Source: Tubulanus polymorphus
Lineage: Eukaryota; Animalia; Nemertea
Assembly (NCBI RefSeq): GCF_964204645.1
Contig: NC_134030.1
Coordinates: 6,366,778 to 6,430,777 of the forward strand
Direction of reading: 5' to 3'
DNA length: 64,000 bases
Shown piece after piece: positions 13,236 to 25,750 of the stretch. The translations under genes were made by a program, and so were the position numbers. The notes under the pieces are model-generated. The model did no database searches and had not been told where the DNA came from. It was given only the letters and a program-made list of their open reading frames with translations. The number at the start of each line of letters is the position of its first letter. Positions within the stretch are counted from its first letter, which is position 1.

Positions 13236-13768
13236 TTCCTAGTTCTAGAAGTAACTGAACCTCGCTTACCACAGCATCGTTCTGATAGCGTTTTAGTAAC
13301 GAGTGAGTGATTTACGTGTGAACGCGCCCTCTAATTAGACACGGACCAAACGTGTGATTGCGAGTACAGAAAGGTAGCGAATCACCGATGACGTCATTTA
13401 CCTAGAAGGGTGATTTTGATGAGTTGCTTTTTTGATAGATAGAAAAATACATCACGGGTGATAGTAGAAATTCTATCTATGATACGTATAGAACCGTTGT
13501 TTAGCCATGAGCCAAGAAACCTATCCGAAATTTAATTTGTGAAACCGACCGGACTTGGATCGGAAAGTAAATTAAATCCATCATCATGACGTACAAAAGG
13601 AATCTAAATCGATGAATAATTTTGTGCCTTTGTATGATGAAAAAAATAACCGCATTTTCTTTCCTTCCATCTCATTTTCTAAAATCGAAATAAACGATGC
13701 CAAAAACCAAAGATACCCCCATAAACAAAAATAGAGCGTAATAGAGAAATATTTCAACTTATCTGCTT

Positions 13769-14001
13769 GATAAGTTTAAATTCACTATATACAAAGGTCA
13801 AAAACTTAAAAGTGAATTTTTTTCATCAAAATTAAGAAGACACGACGTTTCGAACTTTCACTAGAGAGCATCGTCAAGTGTGAGGCTCAAAACGTCGTAT
13901 CCTTTGATTTTTTTAAATTTTTAACTAATAAACTTTAGCATAAATATAGTTGGTGTCAAAACTTATTATCTATTCTCCACATCACAGAGTGGCTATTCTA
14001 C
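13769..14001. mobile_element. Penelope-like element relic with inverted arms (copy A)
   Basis: It is homologous in reverse orientation to 21735-22175 (for example CTATTCTCCACATCACAGAGTGGCTATTCTAC versus GTAGAATAGCCGCACTGTGACGTGTAGAATAG). It has inverted arms and contains a hammerhead-like motif. Confidence 0.6.
13840..13881 (-). ncRNA. Degenerate minimal type I hammerhead ribozyme motif
   Basis: Minus strand reads ACAC-UUGACGA-ugcucucuagugaaaguuc-GAAAC-GUC-GUGU. Stem I is ACAC/GUGU and the core carries a C3-to-U change. Confidence 0.55.
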
Positions 14002-17000
14002 TATTCTTCTTCGTTTTTTTCTCGAGCATAACAACATCGTCAGAAATGTAAGGACACCGTGAACAGATTAGTTTGGCGTGCCCGCAACTGACAGGTGATG
14101 GATTAGTGCTGCAGAAATGTCAACAAAATGAACTCCGCACAATCCGACAATCTTTCAAAAAGCAGGAATCGTAAAGGAACCATCATAATTGCATTCATCG
14201 TGGTGAAAATATCAATTACATTTTCTGCAATTGATCACAGAGATTGGAACCAATTTCGCAAGACTTTTTAACCCAAGAAAAATGAATAGGTATTGGTAAA
14301 CGGTATTGTGCGGTTTGCAAAACAAAGCCAATAGTCGAATACTCGTCAGTCGCAGCCATGACTGTTGAAGAAAGTGCCAATACCACTTCATAATCTCCAG
14401 TAAGTAAATTGAACTGGAGTTGATTCTATTTCCTCTTACCATCGACTCGGTGACAGCTAAGCAGAGTGTCATGATTGTGCAATTTGATGCCGCGACACTT
14501 TTGTCTGGCGGTAAGTTGATTTTTTATGCACTGGCGACGTGATTGTTCCACGGGACTCAATTGAATCTCCGATAACACGTATCGAGGCAGCGAGCTCGTT
14601 TTATTGCAAATACGAAATGAGATAAACGTATATTATATAAGACATATCGGAATAAATGCTCATTATTGCGATAAGTCAAACGGAGTTCAAATCGAACAGC
14701 TTTTCCCGGCGGGTATGTGATTTTCTGCCTTCTATTCTCAAAGATAAATTGCCATATTCGCTCAAACCATACATCAGAAAAGCCTTGAAAATTGATCATA
14801 ATTTCCCTAATAGCACAGTGGAAATAACAAACCCCCCTCAAGAAACATATAGCTTATCGATTTGAAGTGAAGTAAAGAGAAGAGGCAAGTTTGGGTCTGT
14901 TTGCGTGATGAAGATTATTCCAAGATGATTGAGATTTCATAGACACGATTCATTGAAAAGCAATGGAATGACTGCAATTTATACGCCTTAATCAGGCAGA
15001 ACATGGATTCACATGATGAGGCTCCCTGGGGATTCTTTAGATGTAGAAGTCTAGTGTGGAATTATTCTGCTGAGCGACCAAAAAATTGTCATTCCTCGTA
15101 TCTAGAAACGTCTATCCAAATGTACAATAGAGCAACTCATCGGAGCAATATGTTTACAACGAATGCGCGTATCTAATCTACTGAAAACATGGCGTAAATT
15201 CGTTTATCCGGTCGCGGTGAGGATATCGAGTGGATATACGCATAGTGTAAGAGTGTCATAAAATGTGTCAAGAAACGACGCACTCGTTTTTGAATCGAGG
15301 CCGATGTTCGTTTCGAACGTCTGATAATATGTCCACGGCGATTAGACGGTGTTTCGGTATAACACGCCTTAGACAGACACGAGATCCACATAGCAGACGA
15401 GATACTGTGACACATCTTGTCTAACGCGAAAAAAACAATTTAGTTTCAGCAGCCACAACAAACCGCATAGTAAATATCATCGACATCATTATGGCTAAAC
15501 TCCACAGCATTTAAGACACGACGACAATGAATATTTCTTAATCACGATAGAGAATAAACGGAACCAACAGCATATAGTTGAAGTGATCGCCTGGGACCAA
15601 AGTGAAGCAACTTCATGAAGTAAAACCGAATTAATCACCGATTGTGATGCTAATCATTATTAGTCCATCGAGAGGGGAACGTTATATATCATCGTTAGAA
15701 ACACCATCGGCCTTAATCCCATTCTAACACGACTGCTTCTACTTCACCGAAAACAAATAGTTTCGACGTAGCTGGGTTAAAGTTAATCTGGGGCCCGTTC
15801 TTGAAGAAACATATACACAAAGATAGGAACATCAAGCGTAAATTCCATCACATGTTCTTTTTGATGCCCATAATTCAGGTTATTCGCCCCGGAAGCGGAA
15901 ATCGAGAACATTCTATGCGTATACATCATATAGATGATGGATATAATGTCTATCTATACTGCGGGCAATCATCGTGACGAGTAACAAGGCCTTCTTCAGA
16001 TAGCATACTGCAGATTTAAAACGCTTTTGTGTTCCGTTATACGGCGGTAGATCTCTCTCGTTGAAGACGACGATCCCCGAAGGCCAACAAGTAATACAAA
16101 ATGTGCGCCGATACAGAGTAAAAGCACAGACTCACTGGCATGAAATTAATCATGTAAATTATTTCCGTGTTCCCGAGAGGTGTTCAATTGATCAAACTGC
16201 CAACGACAATTATTTAAACGGTGTTGCAATGGATTCTAAACAGCCCGAAGACGGGTCATACAACATTAATTTACTTCGCTTACGCTGTATCACTTTTGGT
16301 GTAAATGCAATTCTGTTTAGTGCCGATGGAAGAACACATTGTTACTGATATACACCCATTTAAGAATGTCTATGAAAATAAGATAATACATTTCTTATCG
16401 GGCTCCACCCAAACTTCATGATATAATTGGTTTCTTTTGCAACCGAAATCATCGATCTCATGATAATAAAATGACCCAGTCACAAAAGAACGTGCGTTAT
16501 TGCCGTTAGCAAGTCATTATCTACTGTATTTATGACGTAATTATTGTATTCTGTCCTCATTAACAGCGTTGAGATTTTCGGGAGATTTTGCGGCGTATTT
16601 TTACGACAATTTTAAACCGTAATACCGGGGTGACACGTATACGGCCAGTTTCGTTGCCGAATGCAAATCGCGCGCCACGAAGGATTACACGCATTATGTC
16701 GACACCTCGTGAACGGGTTTTTTTATCGGCCTCTTATTGCAGTTCTCGTGCAAACAAACGCCGTAAAAATCATGGCGATTGTTTACTCATTGTACGTGGC
16801 GACACGTCGGATTTTACTATCGTCGTAAACGACGTCGGCGTCGCTGTGAATTAATTCGCCGAAGAACTTGATATTCTGTAAACTTTTACGAGCCGGTTTA
16901 CTAATGAAATAAAACGAACATAACCCTCACACCGAGCCGCGATTACTGCCGCCATGCGTAACCACAAAAATACTCGGGAGAATATGAGAATATGAAATTT

Positions 17001-20000
17001 TCACGACCCGATTTTACCGGTGGTATGCGTGCGAACCACATCCGCTTTCCGGACACACACAAATCAAACGACGAAATATCAACTACATATTATATTGAAT
17101 TTTTCTGCCAAGTTGCAACATAGCGTTCATGCATGGCATGCATATTTAAGGAGAAATAGACATTTTATGAAACCGCTGAGTGTCCACTTGAGCATAACTT
17201 CTGATGGCAACCCCGAATGTGTGTCCGTTAAGCGATGCGGTATCTCCGCTGCGGGAATTTTTGAATTGCTAATTATTCCGATGACGGCCTCCGATGAATA
17301 ATCCGACATAGCAGTTCTATTATGTAATTCATTTCGCGATGGAGGCAGAGGATATCATTGATAATAATAACTTTTTCATGTCTTGCGTTCGTGTTCATAA
17401 CTTTCTAACAAATAAAGTGCGTAACGCGCACGAACACTGTTAGAAAAGATGACACTAATAGCGATGTCGTATAAGTAACACGTTGATGCAATTGATCGAA
17501 TGGCATTTCTATGTTAATATCTTTAGTCCTGTCGACTATTGTCGCTATTATATAGCTCTGTAAATGGACAGTACTGTCGCCTATACATATTTCATCAGTA
17601 TATCAGTCAGTGATATCCGCTTGTCTCCTTAAAGCGTTATCCGATTATTGGCCGTCTCCCAATTATAGTCGGCTGAACAAAGCTCACATAACGACAGAAT
17701 TCAGAGGAAGTAATGTAAGTAACTAATCTTGGAGTTTTAGGTAAAAGCGAGCTAAACCGATCACGGGATCCGACTATAGTTCTAACTTTGCGTTCAAAAA
17801 GTAATCAAGATGTCCAGACTGTTTACTGATATCTGCAAGGCATCGGAATAAAAGATGATTGTAGGGTCTATTCACGAAATATAGGGTTTTCTGCCTCTTT
17901 TTTAGTTTATTATTAGTGCAGTTATTTGCGTGCGGATATGTCGACGAGCATTTCAAATGGCAGGTTTACCACATTAATGTGCAGTTAATCACTGACTAAT
18001 TGGGTTTCTGCTTGATTTGCCAATGTTGTTACGCATAAGATTGTAGCTTTACTGTACGTCATGGTATATTACAACGCCGAAGTCCCCGCTAATCCGCCGG
18101 CATCGTCATCTCGATCGTGTTTTCCATCGCGTAATCTTTTAACAAAAATAATTGTCTTATCCTAATAACCGCCCTCATATAGACAGTATAAATAAGAATT
18201 CATCGACGGCCTTGGCACGCTTGTGGCCGATTCGACTAAGATTGTCGGTCTCTCGATGCAGTATTCTTATCTATCGGGATTTTCAAGTTACTTTCGGAAA
18301 TCAAATTGGGATTTGACGAAATATTCCATTAGCGGAGATATTAATCGACAACTTCACAAACATCCATTAGCTGCACGTCACTATATTCAAGTGACGATTG
18401 AAATCAGGGTGATCTCGGCCCATATCGCTGATTTGCCGCATGAAGTCGGTGGCCTATGCGACCTTTAGATTGACGCCTAACCTAAAGAAGGTCAACTTTT
18501 CAATTTCAGCAATATTCTGTCCAAAACCGCCGAACTGGGTTCTGGGAGTTCATATTTCAATTGCGGGATGAAATTAAAGTCTGCGAGTTCTGAAAACAAA
18601 TACTTCATTCGGTGGCAAATATGAGCCGTTCACATTTACACGCTTTTAGAAGCGCATCATGGTTTCAAGATTTAGCCAAATACTAATATATTTCCATATG
18701 TGCCGATGCGCCGATGTTTGAGACAGGTCGATGCTATACTTACGTAGGCCCGGTGTAGAACTTTCCGAGAAGCGTATTACGTAATGTAATCATTCGTTTC
18801 GCCGGAAAACAGTTGATTATATAGGCGTAACGCCTGCGCGAAAATGATCCTGATTCCGCGTCTAATAACAGCTAATACCGTAACAATTGGCGAATAATCA
18901 TCAATCTTTGGGAGAGTATATCGCTTACAGAGATACAGTTTGGTCTGATCGCTAAAAACCCTCACGTCCCTGTGTACCATCCGCAGACAGACGGCCGATG
19001 AAATAACCATTTATTAAATCAACTCACCCTTCGTCATCGAACGGACAGAAGAAATAGAACCCTTTCGCCGGTATTGTAGGTATTAGGTTCAGGTGATGGA
19101 TATTGTAATTAGAACTTTTAACGGTCAAATATGTGGCGCGCAACAGGCCAAACAATAGTCCAGTAACGGCTCGTATATCTTTCAGTCGACACGTACAGAA
19201 CAGCACTGTCACTAACGATCACTAATTACTTCTGGACAGTATAAATTGGTTTGAAAAGATTGATGTGCCGTCACCACAGTGGTAGCTGCGCAATCTTGCT
19301 TACCCATATAATATGATTGTATGTTGCCACCACAGTGCCAGAGATTTCCCGGCCGCTGTGGCTAATTGCATTGCTATAATTCATCTGACTTGTTCCTTTG
19401 GCCATGGATTTTCTATCAAAAGGCCCAATTACGCAGATGTTTGCTTATCCGATACAGATCGACGGACTGATAGAATTTCGAAAAAGCTACGAAGCAAAAC
19501 GAAGTTGCTCCGTTTGCGAATGTGAATGTATAATACGCCGACAGCGTCGCTAGCATATTTGATTTGCATATTTTTCGTTTTTTGTGACCATCTTCAAAGA
19601 ATTTATTGACGACGCAATAACGTTTTTCGCTGTGTTTTGGAAAGCAGAATGTCAGACGTAGAAGATGTTCTAGGTCTAGCTCAGACTGAGACGATGAATG
19701 TGAGCTACGCTTAGAAAAAAACCAACGCGACTTGACTGACTTTCTGTAAGACTGTCATCTCGACCCTTCAAAGCAACGTTTATATTGACAAAGCAATAAC
19801 GTTATCTTTCTTATTTTCTGATTGAGCAATATTCCGCTTATAACAACGTCTCTCCATTGTACGCGTACCCACGAAAAAAAATGGAATATAGGTCCACCGT
19901 CATCAAATATCCAACAGCCACGTAGTTAGTACATTTTGCTTGACCGGAAACCAAATATCGTTTTTGCCTGAACAATGAGTGTACCGAATGCGCAAATAAA

Positions 20001-21734
20001 TGAAAAATACGAGAAGCATAGAAAATTGAATTAGATTTTTTTCTTATACAGCGTGGGGAACTAATAGCAAAGACACATTCTCTTTCTCCCGATTTTTCAA
20101 CTTTTTTCTATCATTCTCCACTCTTGAACGACATTTCACCTACGCTGTGATCACAATTTCCGTTGTAGTGGATGATAAACCTGACGGAAGTATTGTCTAT
20201 ATTTGCACACATTTCGAAATGGTAGCAAAATAGATAATGTAGTCGACTGCTGGCTTTTGCATTATTACACAGCGACTTGCAATGAGAAATTTGATCATTT
20301 TACAATGAAATTTCTAATATTGAATTTTGTTTTCGAGACCGTATAGATTCCGATCCCCACCACCCGGGGAGTCACCGCCTTCGGTCCTGTTCATTTTTCT
20401 AATGTTTCCAATCTAACCTTGTATTATGATTTGACATACGTCTATTTCATTAAGACAAACAACCAAAACTCGACGCAAAAATTCCTCTCGAAACGTGCCT
20501 CCCTCAACAGCCAATAACGAGTGCGGAATTCCAATTTGATATTTCAGTGCCATTTATCGGGTTATTAATCATTGGATTTTATTACATCTCATAACTCATT
20601 TTCAAACAGCAATTGAAAATAAGAGTATGCGATCGGTGTTCATTTTCAACTTATCAATAAGTTTCAAATATTTGTCACCGAACATGCCGATAGACATAGT
20701 CGGAATTCCTCGTCTCTGTGATAATATAAGCCACGTCGATATTTGGTTTCGGCGAACGCCGGTTTCCACGCGCCTCGGTGTGAGAGGGCTTGACAATATG
20801 CAAATAATCAGTCGCTGGAACGAATCGACAACAGCAAAAACAACGAGAACAGTTGGTATTTTCACAGATATCTACGCCATATCGACCTTTCTGATTCAAA
20901 CGATTCCGTTGGGGTCATTTCATTATTCCGTAGCTAAATGACGTTTGACTTTTTTTTCAATCAACATCGTCTCGTCGAAAGAAATCACAGCTCTTCGCCT
21001 TGCTAATAGAATGCGACCACGCTTAGCCTATTACTCGGCATAAGACCCCGTATCTAATCTGTTTTGCGTTGGACAGCTCATTCCTGACCGCTGCCAAATA
21101 CAACCGTGTATTACTCGCCGGTGTAACAACGGCAGGTGTTTCTGCAATACAATCGAACACCTATTTAAGCTTCGGGCTCATGCGATTAGTAAACATGACC
21201 AAACGCCGTACTGTCACTTAGAACGATTTAATCTTGTTGGATTTGTGGAACGTTTCCGTGAATGAATCAGAGCAACGCATTTGCAACACTCGTAACAAGT
21301 CAATGAAAATAACTACAGTAAAACAGTCGTGATAAACAACACTTAATTCTAATGCGCTCTGGTGTTTCTGAGCTCGTGTCGACAGTTATGCCAGTTTTAC
21401 AGTAACTTTAACGGACTAATGATTTTAAGTTGGACAATCGAGGATTCGGAGATGTCATTTCTTATTTCGCTTTTGATCGATTTCCATGCTCTATACATCA
21501 ATGCGGTGTTTATAGTGTTGACGACGGTCGCAAGAGCCGACAACAGGACGCACACATAGTCCATAGATCTATAGCGTAACGAGATACATGGAATCTGTAT
21601 GCGCTCCGTTATCAAGCCAAAAATCCCTCTTCACATCCTGTAGCCAGTTAGTATTAAGATCAGTCTCTCAGCCGATCAACTTTGGTTACCATAGCTATAG
21701 CTAATAACTCAAAACCATTGGAGTTATTGTGGGT

Positions 21735-22175
21735 GTAGAATAGCCGCACTGTGACGTGTAGAATAGATCATAAGTTTAAAAACCAACTATAACAAAGTTA
21801 AAAAAGACGAAAAGCGAATTCTGTTTATCAAAATTAAAATCAAAAGACGTTTCGAACAATCACAAGAGATCATCGCCAGGTGTGAGGGGAAAACTAAAAC
21901 GAGGGGTATAGTATATATACAGGGGAAAATGAGTTGATTTGGGTAAATTACTGACTGAGTGTAATTAAGGTAAAGGTTATGGTTAGTAAGGCATGAAGTA
22001 ATCTTGAACTTCAACAATTACTTGTTCTCTGTTGTATGTATACCGGTACTCTTCGTTTTTTGTTATTCCCTCGATAATCTTAGCGAGAGTTCGAAACGTC
22101 GTGTCTTTTGTTTCTAGCCTTTGATAAATATAATCAGTCTGTTGAACTTTGTTTAGAGTTGGTTTTAAACTTATT
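21735..22175 (-). mobile_element. 5'-truncated Penelope-like element with inverted pseudo-LTR (copy B)
   Basis: The arms are inverted: AAGTTTAAAAACCAACTATAACAAAGTT versus AACTTTGTTTAGAGTTGGTTTTAAACTT, and GACGTTTCGAAC versus GTTCGAAACGTC. There is a hammerhead remnant in each arm, and it belongs to the same family as copy A. Confidence 0.6.
21846..21884 (-). ncRNA. Degenerate minimal hammerhead motif
   Basis: Minus strand reads CACAC-CUGGCGA-ugaucucuugugauuguuc-GAAAC-GUC. It has A6 changed to G, and the 3' stem I strand appears deleted. Confidence 0.45.
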
Positions 22176-24719
22176 AACATGAGTAGTTTTACGACGGTAG
22201 GCACGACTGAAACATTTGCTGCTAATCGACTATACCTAACTCGCCAGTCGGTGAAATCATGTGACAACCATCACTCGTGCCGAATGAACTCCGATCCGAC
22301 ACGCAAATCTGTAATTGGCATCTACTTTTTATCCGGTTCTCGGTCTATATGGATGAAGAAATTTTCAGATAACGCGTCTCTCTCTTTCCCTCGAATAGTG
22401 ATGGGCGTGTATGTGAAGACACCAACTGATTGGAGTTCCAGGGTTTTTTCATTACATAACGACTCGGTCGATGCATCGATCTCCTAAACATCATTAGCCG
22501 CTTTATATTCGCCAATCTTCCGTTTTTCCCCTCCCATACACATTTCACAATTCCTAGTTGCTTGCGAGATGGATATTCACAACGCAAATGGAACACGTCG
22601 ACCGGTACAGGAGAAAGGAAATCAGGAGACGAACGGGGAACTCTTTTTTCCCAGGTGAATCAATCCGTAAACAATACGTTTCTCGTGTTTCTGACGCGAG
22701 ATGCGAAAAACCAGTTTCGATAACATCACAGAAATATAAGACGGATCAGCAATTTCAGATTTCACGACGAGTTAGGCAAAAACTATCACATCGTCGTCGA
22801 GTTTTCGTGTGAATTCTTAAAAAACATTTTTTCCTCTACGTTTGTACAATTTTGCTATAAAAGAAATGGACGACTGAAATGAAAGAAAATGTATCGAAAA
22901 CGTCGGAATATCGTGAGCGAAAACATCATTTGATGAATGTATTATTAGTTGAGTTGGTGGCACGTTTAAATCGCAATTTTTTTCTGTAGTATTTTGTGGT
23001 GTTTCTTTTTTCATTTAACCAAGTGGGATGAATTTTTGAATATTTTTCTCCACATGTCAGTAAAAACAATCCGTGAATATTAATACCCTAAGGTACAACC
23101 TGGTACTTTTTAACGAAATAGGAAACACCGTTATGCTTTGGTCATTTATTATGAGGTTACGCGCTGCCAGAGTTTGCCATTTCTCCCTAACAAAATAAAG
23201 AACATTTGCATCGACAAAAAATGCGACAGACGCCTAAGTTCATTTACTGATTAGGTGGCTACTTCACTCTAGAGAAAAGCGTTATTTTATTTCGCTCGGG
23301 TAAGATGGACCTATATATATATTTATATTCATGTTGATGGAGAAGATCTAGAAATTGTCGCGTGTTTTTCAAGAGTCTTAACCCGACGCTAATGCCATGT
23401 AAAACTCATTCAAACCTCGCAGTCTCTCCCCCAAGAGTATACTACCCTCGCTCAGCTCAGCTCAGCTGATCCGATTGATCGTAACCCAATAAAAAGATGA
23501 AAAGAGTCGAGAGCGGAAGCCAGTCGCGCATGTTACCATGAACACAAATAAAATCCCGTGACCTAAGTTACAGAAGGTTGCAATACGGCTTTGGTCGGTA
23601 ACGCATACTGGCACAGTCACATCATCACTGACGACGTGGATCGAATCTTCATTGATCGAAATGAAACTTCTCCAGGAGCGCACTGTCTGACAGTCTGTGT
23701 TAGCGGCGCTCGATTTTTTTGCATAAAAGCATCGCTTGTGCCGTACTGGTTTCATAAAATGGAATTACCCGCTTCAAAGAACAATCGTGATCAGAAAACC
23801 GAGACCCGAACGTGATGATTTCGTGAGCAGAATGGCAGCAATAGATGTAACGATGTCAGATATTACACGAAGAACGTCTTTGTCAGTTTTTATCAACCCT
23901 ACCCTTTAAGAGACGAATACTCCATGCATTATAATTTCACTGCGTTCACTTATTTTCCAAAGTGGCATATATATTCGTGATGCTGTCAAAACCAACTTTC
24001 TATACAAACATCAAAGCTAATTTAGCATTTCAATTTACAGCAAAAATGCATTTCTACGACTGAATTGAATAGTTGAGAGGGAATACGACCGCATCCATGA
24101 CGGTAAATTACGATTAGTTAAAGAATTGCGTGGGGTGCCTTGGAATAGTAATGACTTTGAAAACGTCAAGTCGTAATGATGTATCAGTATACTGCGGTGG
24201 AAATGAATGAGTATAAACTAACGTATTAGTTAATTATGAACGTGGCTCGCGAGATGCGATGATACATTCGCGGCGATGTCTGCGCCGATAAATTGAAAAT
24301 GGGACAGCACACACGACACTTGTTGATTACGAATCGTCACGCGAAATGCGAATAGTTCGTAACCAACGCATTCTGCCAGCCGTCGAGTACTTGAAACATA
24401 GCGGTGATGGTGAAAACTTCGAGTTTTCACTTTATTTCGCGCGAGGAGGAACATATCTAAATCCATCCATCAACTCTCTGCAGACTTCGTTTATCGGAGT
24501 TAGTCGGCTATTTGCGAACTTAGTCAGTTAGTCGAAACTTAAGTCCGGAAATAGTCGACCACGGGATGGAGAGCACGGTCGCTGTAGTTCGGACCTAGTT
24601 TCAAGATGACTGACACTGTGAAATGCGTTACGACCGGGGAGCGTTCGGTTGTTAGTTCCGACCACTGGTCGACTAGCTACGAAAAACGAAGTTCGCTCTG
24701 GTATTTGTTACTGGTTTTA

Positions 24720-25000
24720 CGTCGTTTCTCTGCGATGGCGATGACAAACAAAGACGTCACGTGATAGGAAGAACTGACCGGTCCAAATACTCTGCCATAG
24801 ACAATGAACGCTGATTGGCCTAAACTAACTGTGATGCTTGTACGATAACTGAATCGTTGCCTATATTTACAAATGAGGACGAACAAACGAATCGTGTTGT
24901 GTAAATGGAAGTTATACCGAATCGTTTATAAGCCGACACAAATGCGGCAGAAAATCAGCCCGCTCAGAATCAGCACTCACACACTCACACACACGAAGAT
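24720..25000 (-). promoter_or_regulatory. Promoter/enhancer-like motif cluster
   Basis: GGCCAATC (CCAAT at 24814-24818), an Inr-like TCAGTT (24772-24777), an overlapping CRE/E-box GACGTCACGTGA (24753-24764) and a CA-rich tract near 24965-24995. Confidence 0.3.
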
Positions 25001-25585
25001 CGATTCAACACGTCGGGCAGGTCCCCTGTGACCAAAACAAACACCGATTAATTTCCTACTTAATTCCTAAACGGGATATTATTCATCAACAAGACAAATG
25101 TACATCGTAATGCCGTCTGGCATCGCACGCAAAATACATTTCGACTTATTCGACATTCGGCCCGACTGGACGTTCGAACGTACGGCGGCTTAAGATCGAA
25201 ATTATTGGCGAAAACAGTGGGACTATAGAGTCGAACAGGGGCAGGGGATACCTTCAAGTCAATATCACTTCAGAACAAGTCGCCATAATCATGAGCCATT
25301 AAATATTAAAATGCGTAAAATATTTACACAGTATTCACCGTGGGTTTGAGTGATATAATGGACGCAGAAATAATTCGTACGCGTTGCGCCGACCAAGGGT
25401 CAAGGTCAGGTAGATAGGAATGAAGGTGTCGAAAAAATTACCGGGGACAATCCAGAACGTCGAACATTAAAGAGTTGATATAGGTTACATAGTTACTGTA
25501 TATAATCCTGATCAACGACACAAAATAGACGAACTAACACGTTTACGCTTTAAAGTTAAACGTACCTCAATTGTTTTAATGCTTT

Positions 25586-25750
25586 GCGTCAGCGTCCACG
25601 GATAGCATCACGCAGCATTGGTTTCATGCTCGACGCAGCGTCAGCGTTTCAAGAATGGACGATGAAACGCTGTTGCACCAACAGCGTCAATATCTAGCAT
25701 AAATGCTACGTTGAGATATCATTGTTATCACCCGGGCGACGCTACGCAAC
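25586..25750. mobile_element. Decayed palindromic MITE-like element
   Basis: CAGCGTTTCA (25642-25651) / TGAAACGCTG (25663-25672) is a perfect inverted repeat, surrounded by repeated GCGTCAGCGT/GACGC units. Confidence 0.35.

Noticed and set aside
13389-13396. Full CRE palindromes TGACGTCA (also 36799-36806 and 56775-56782)
   Set aside because: Three copies are only slightly above chance, and this one has no independent support.
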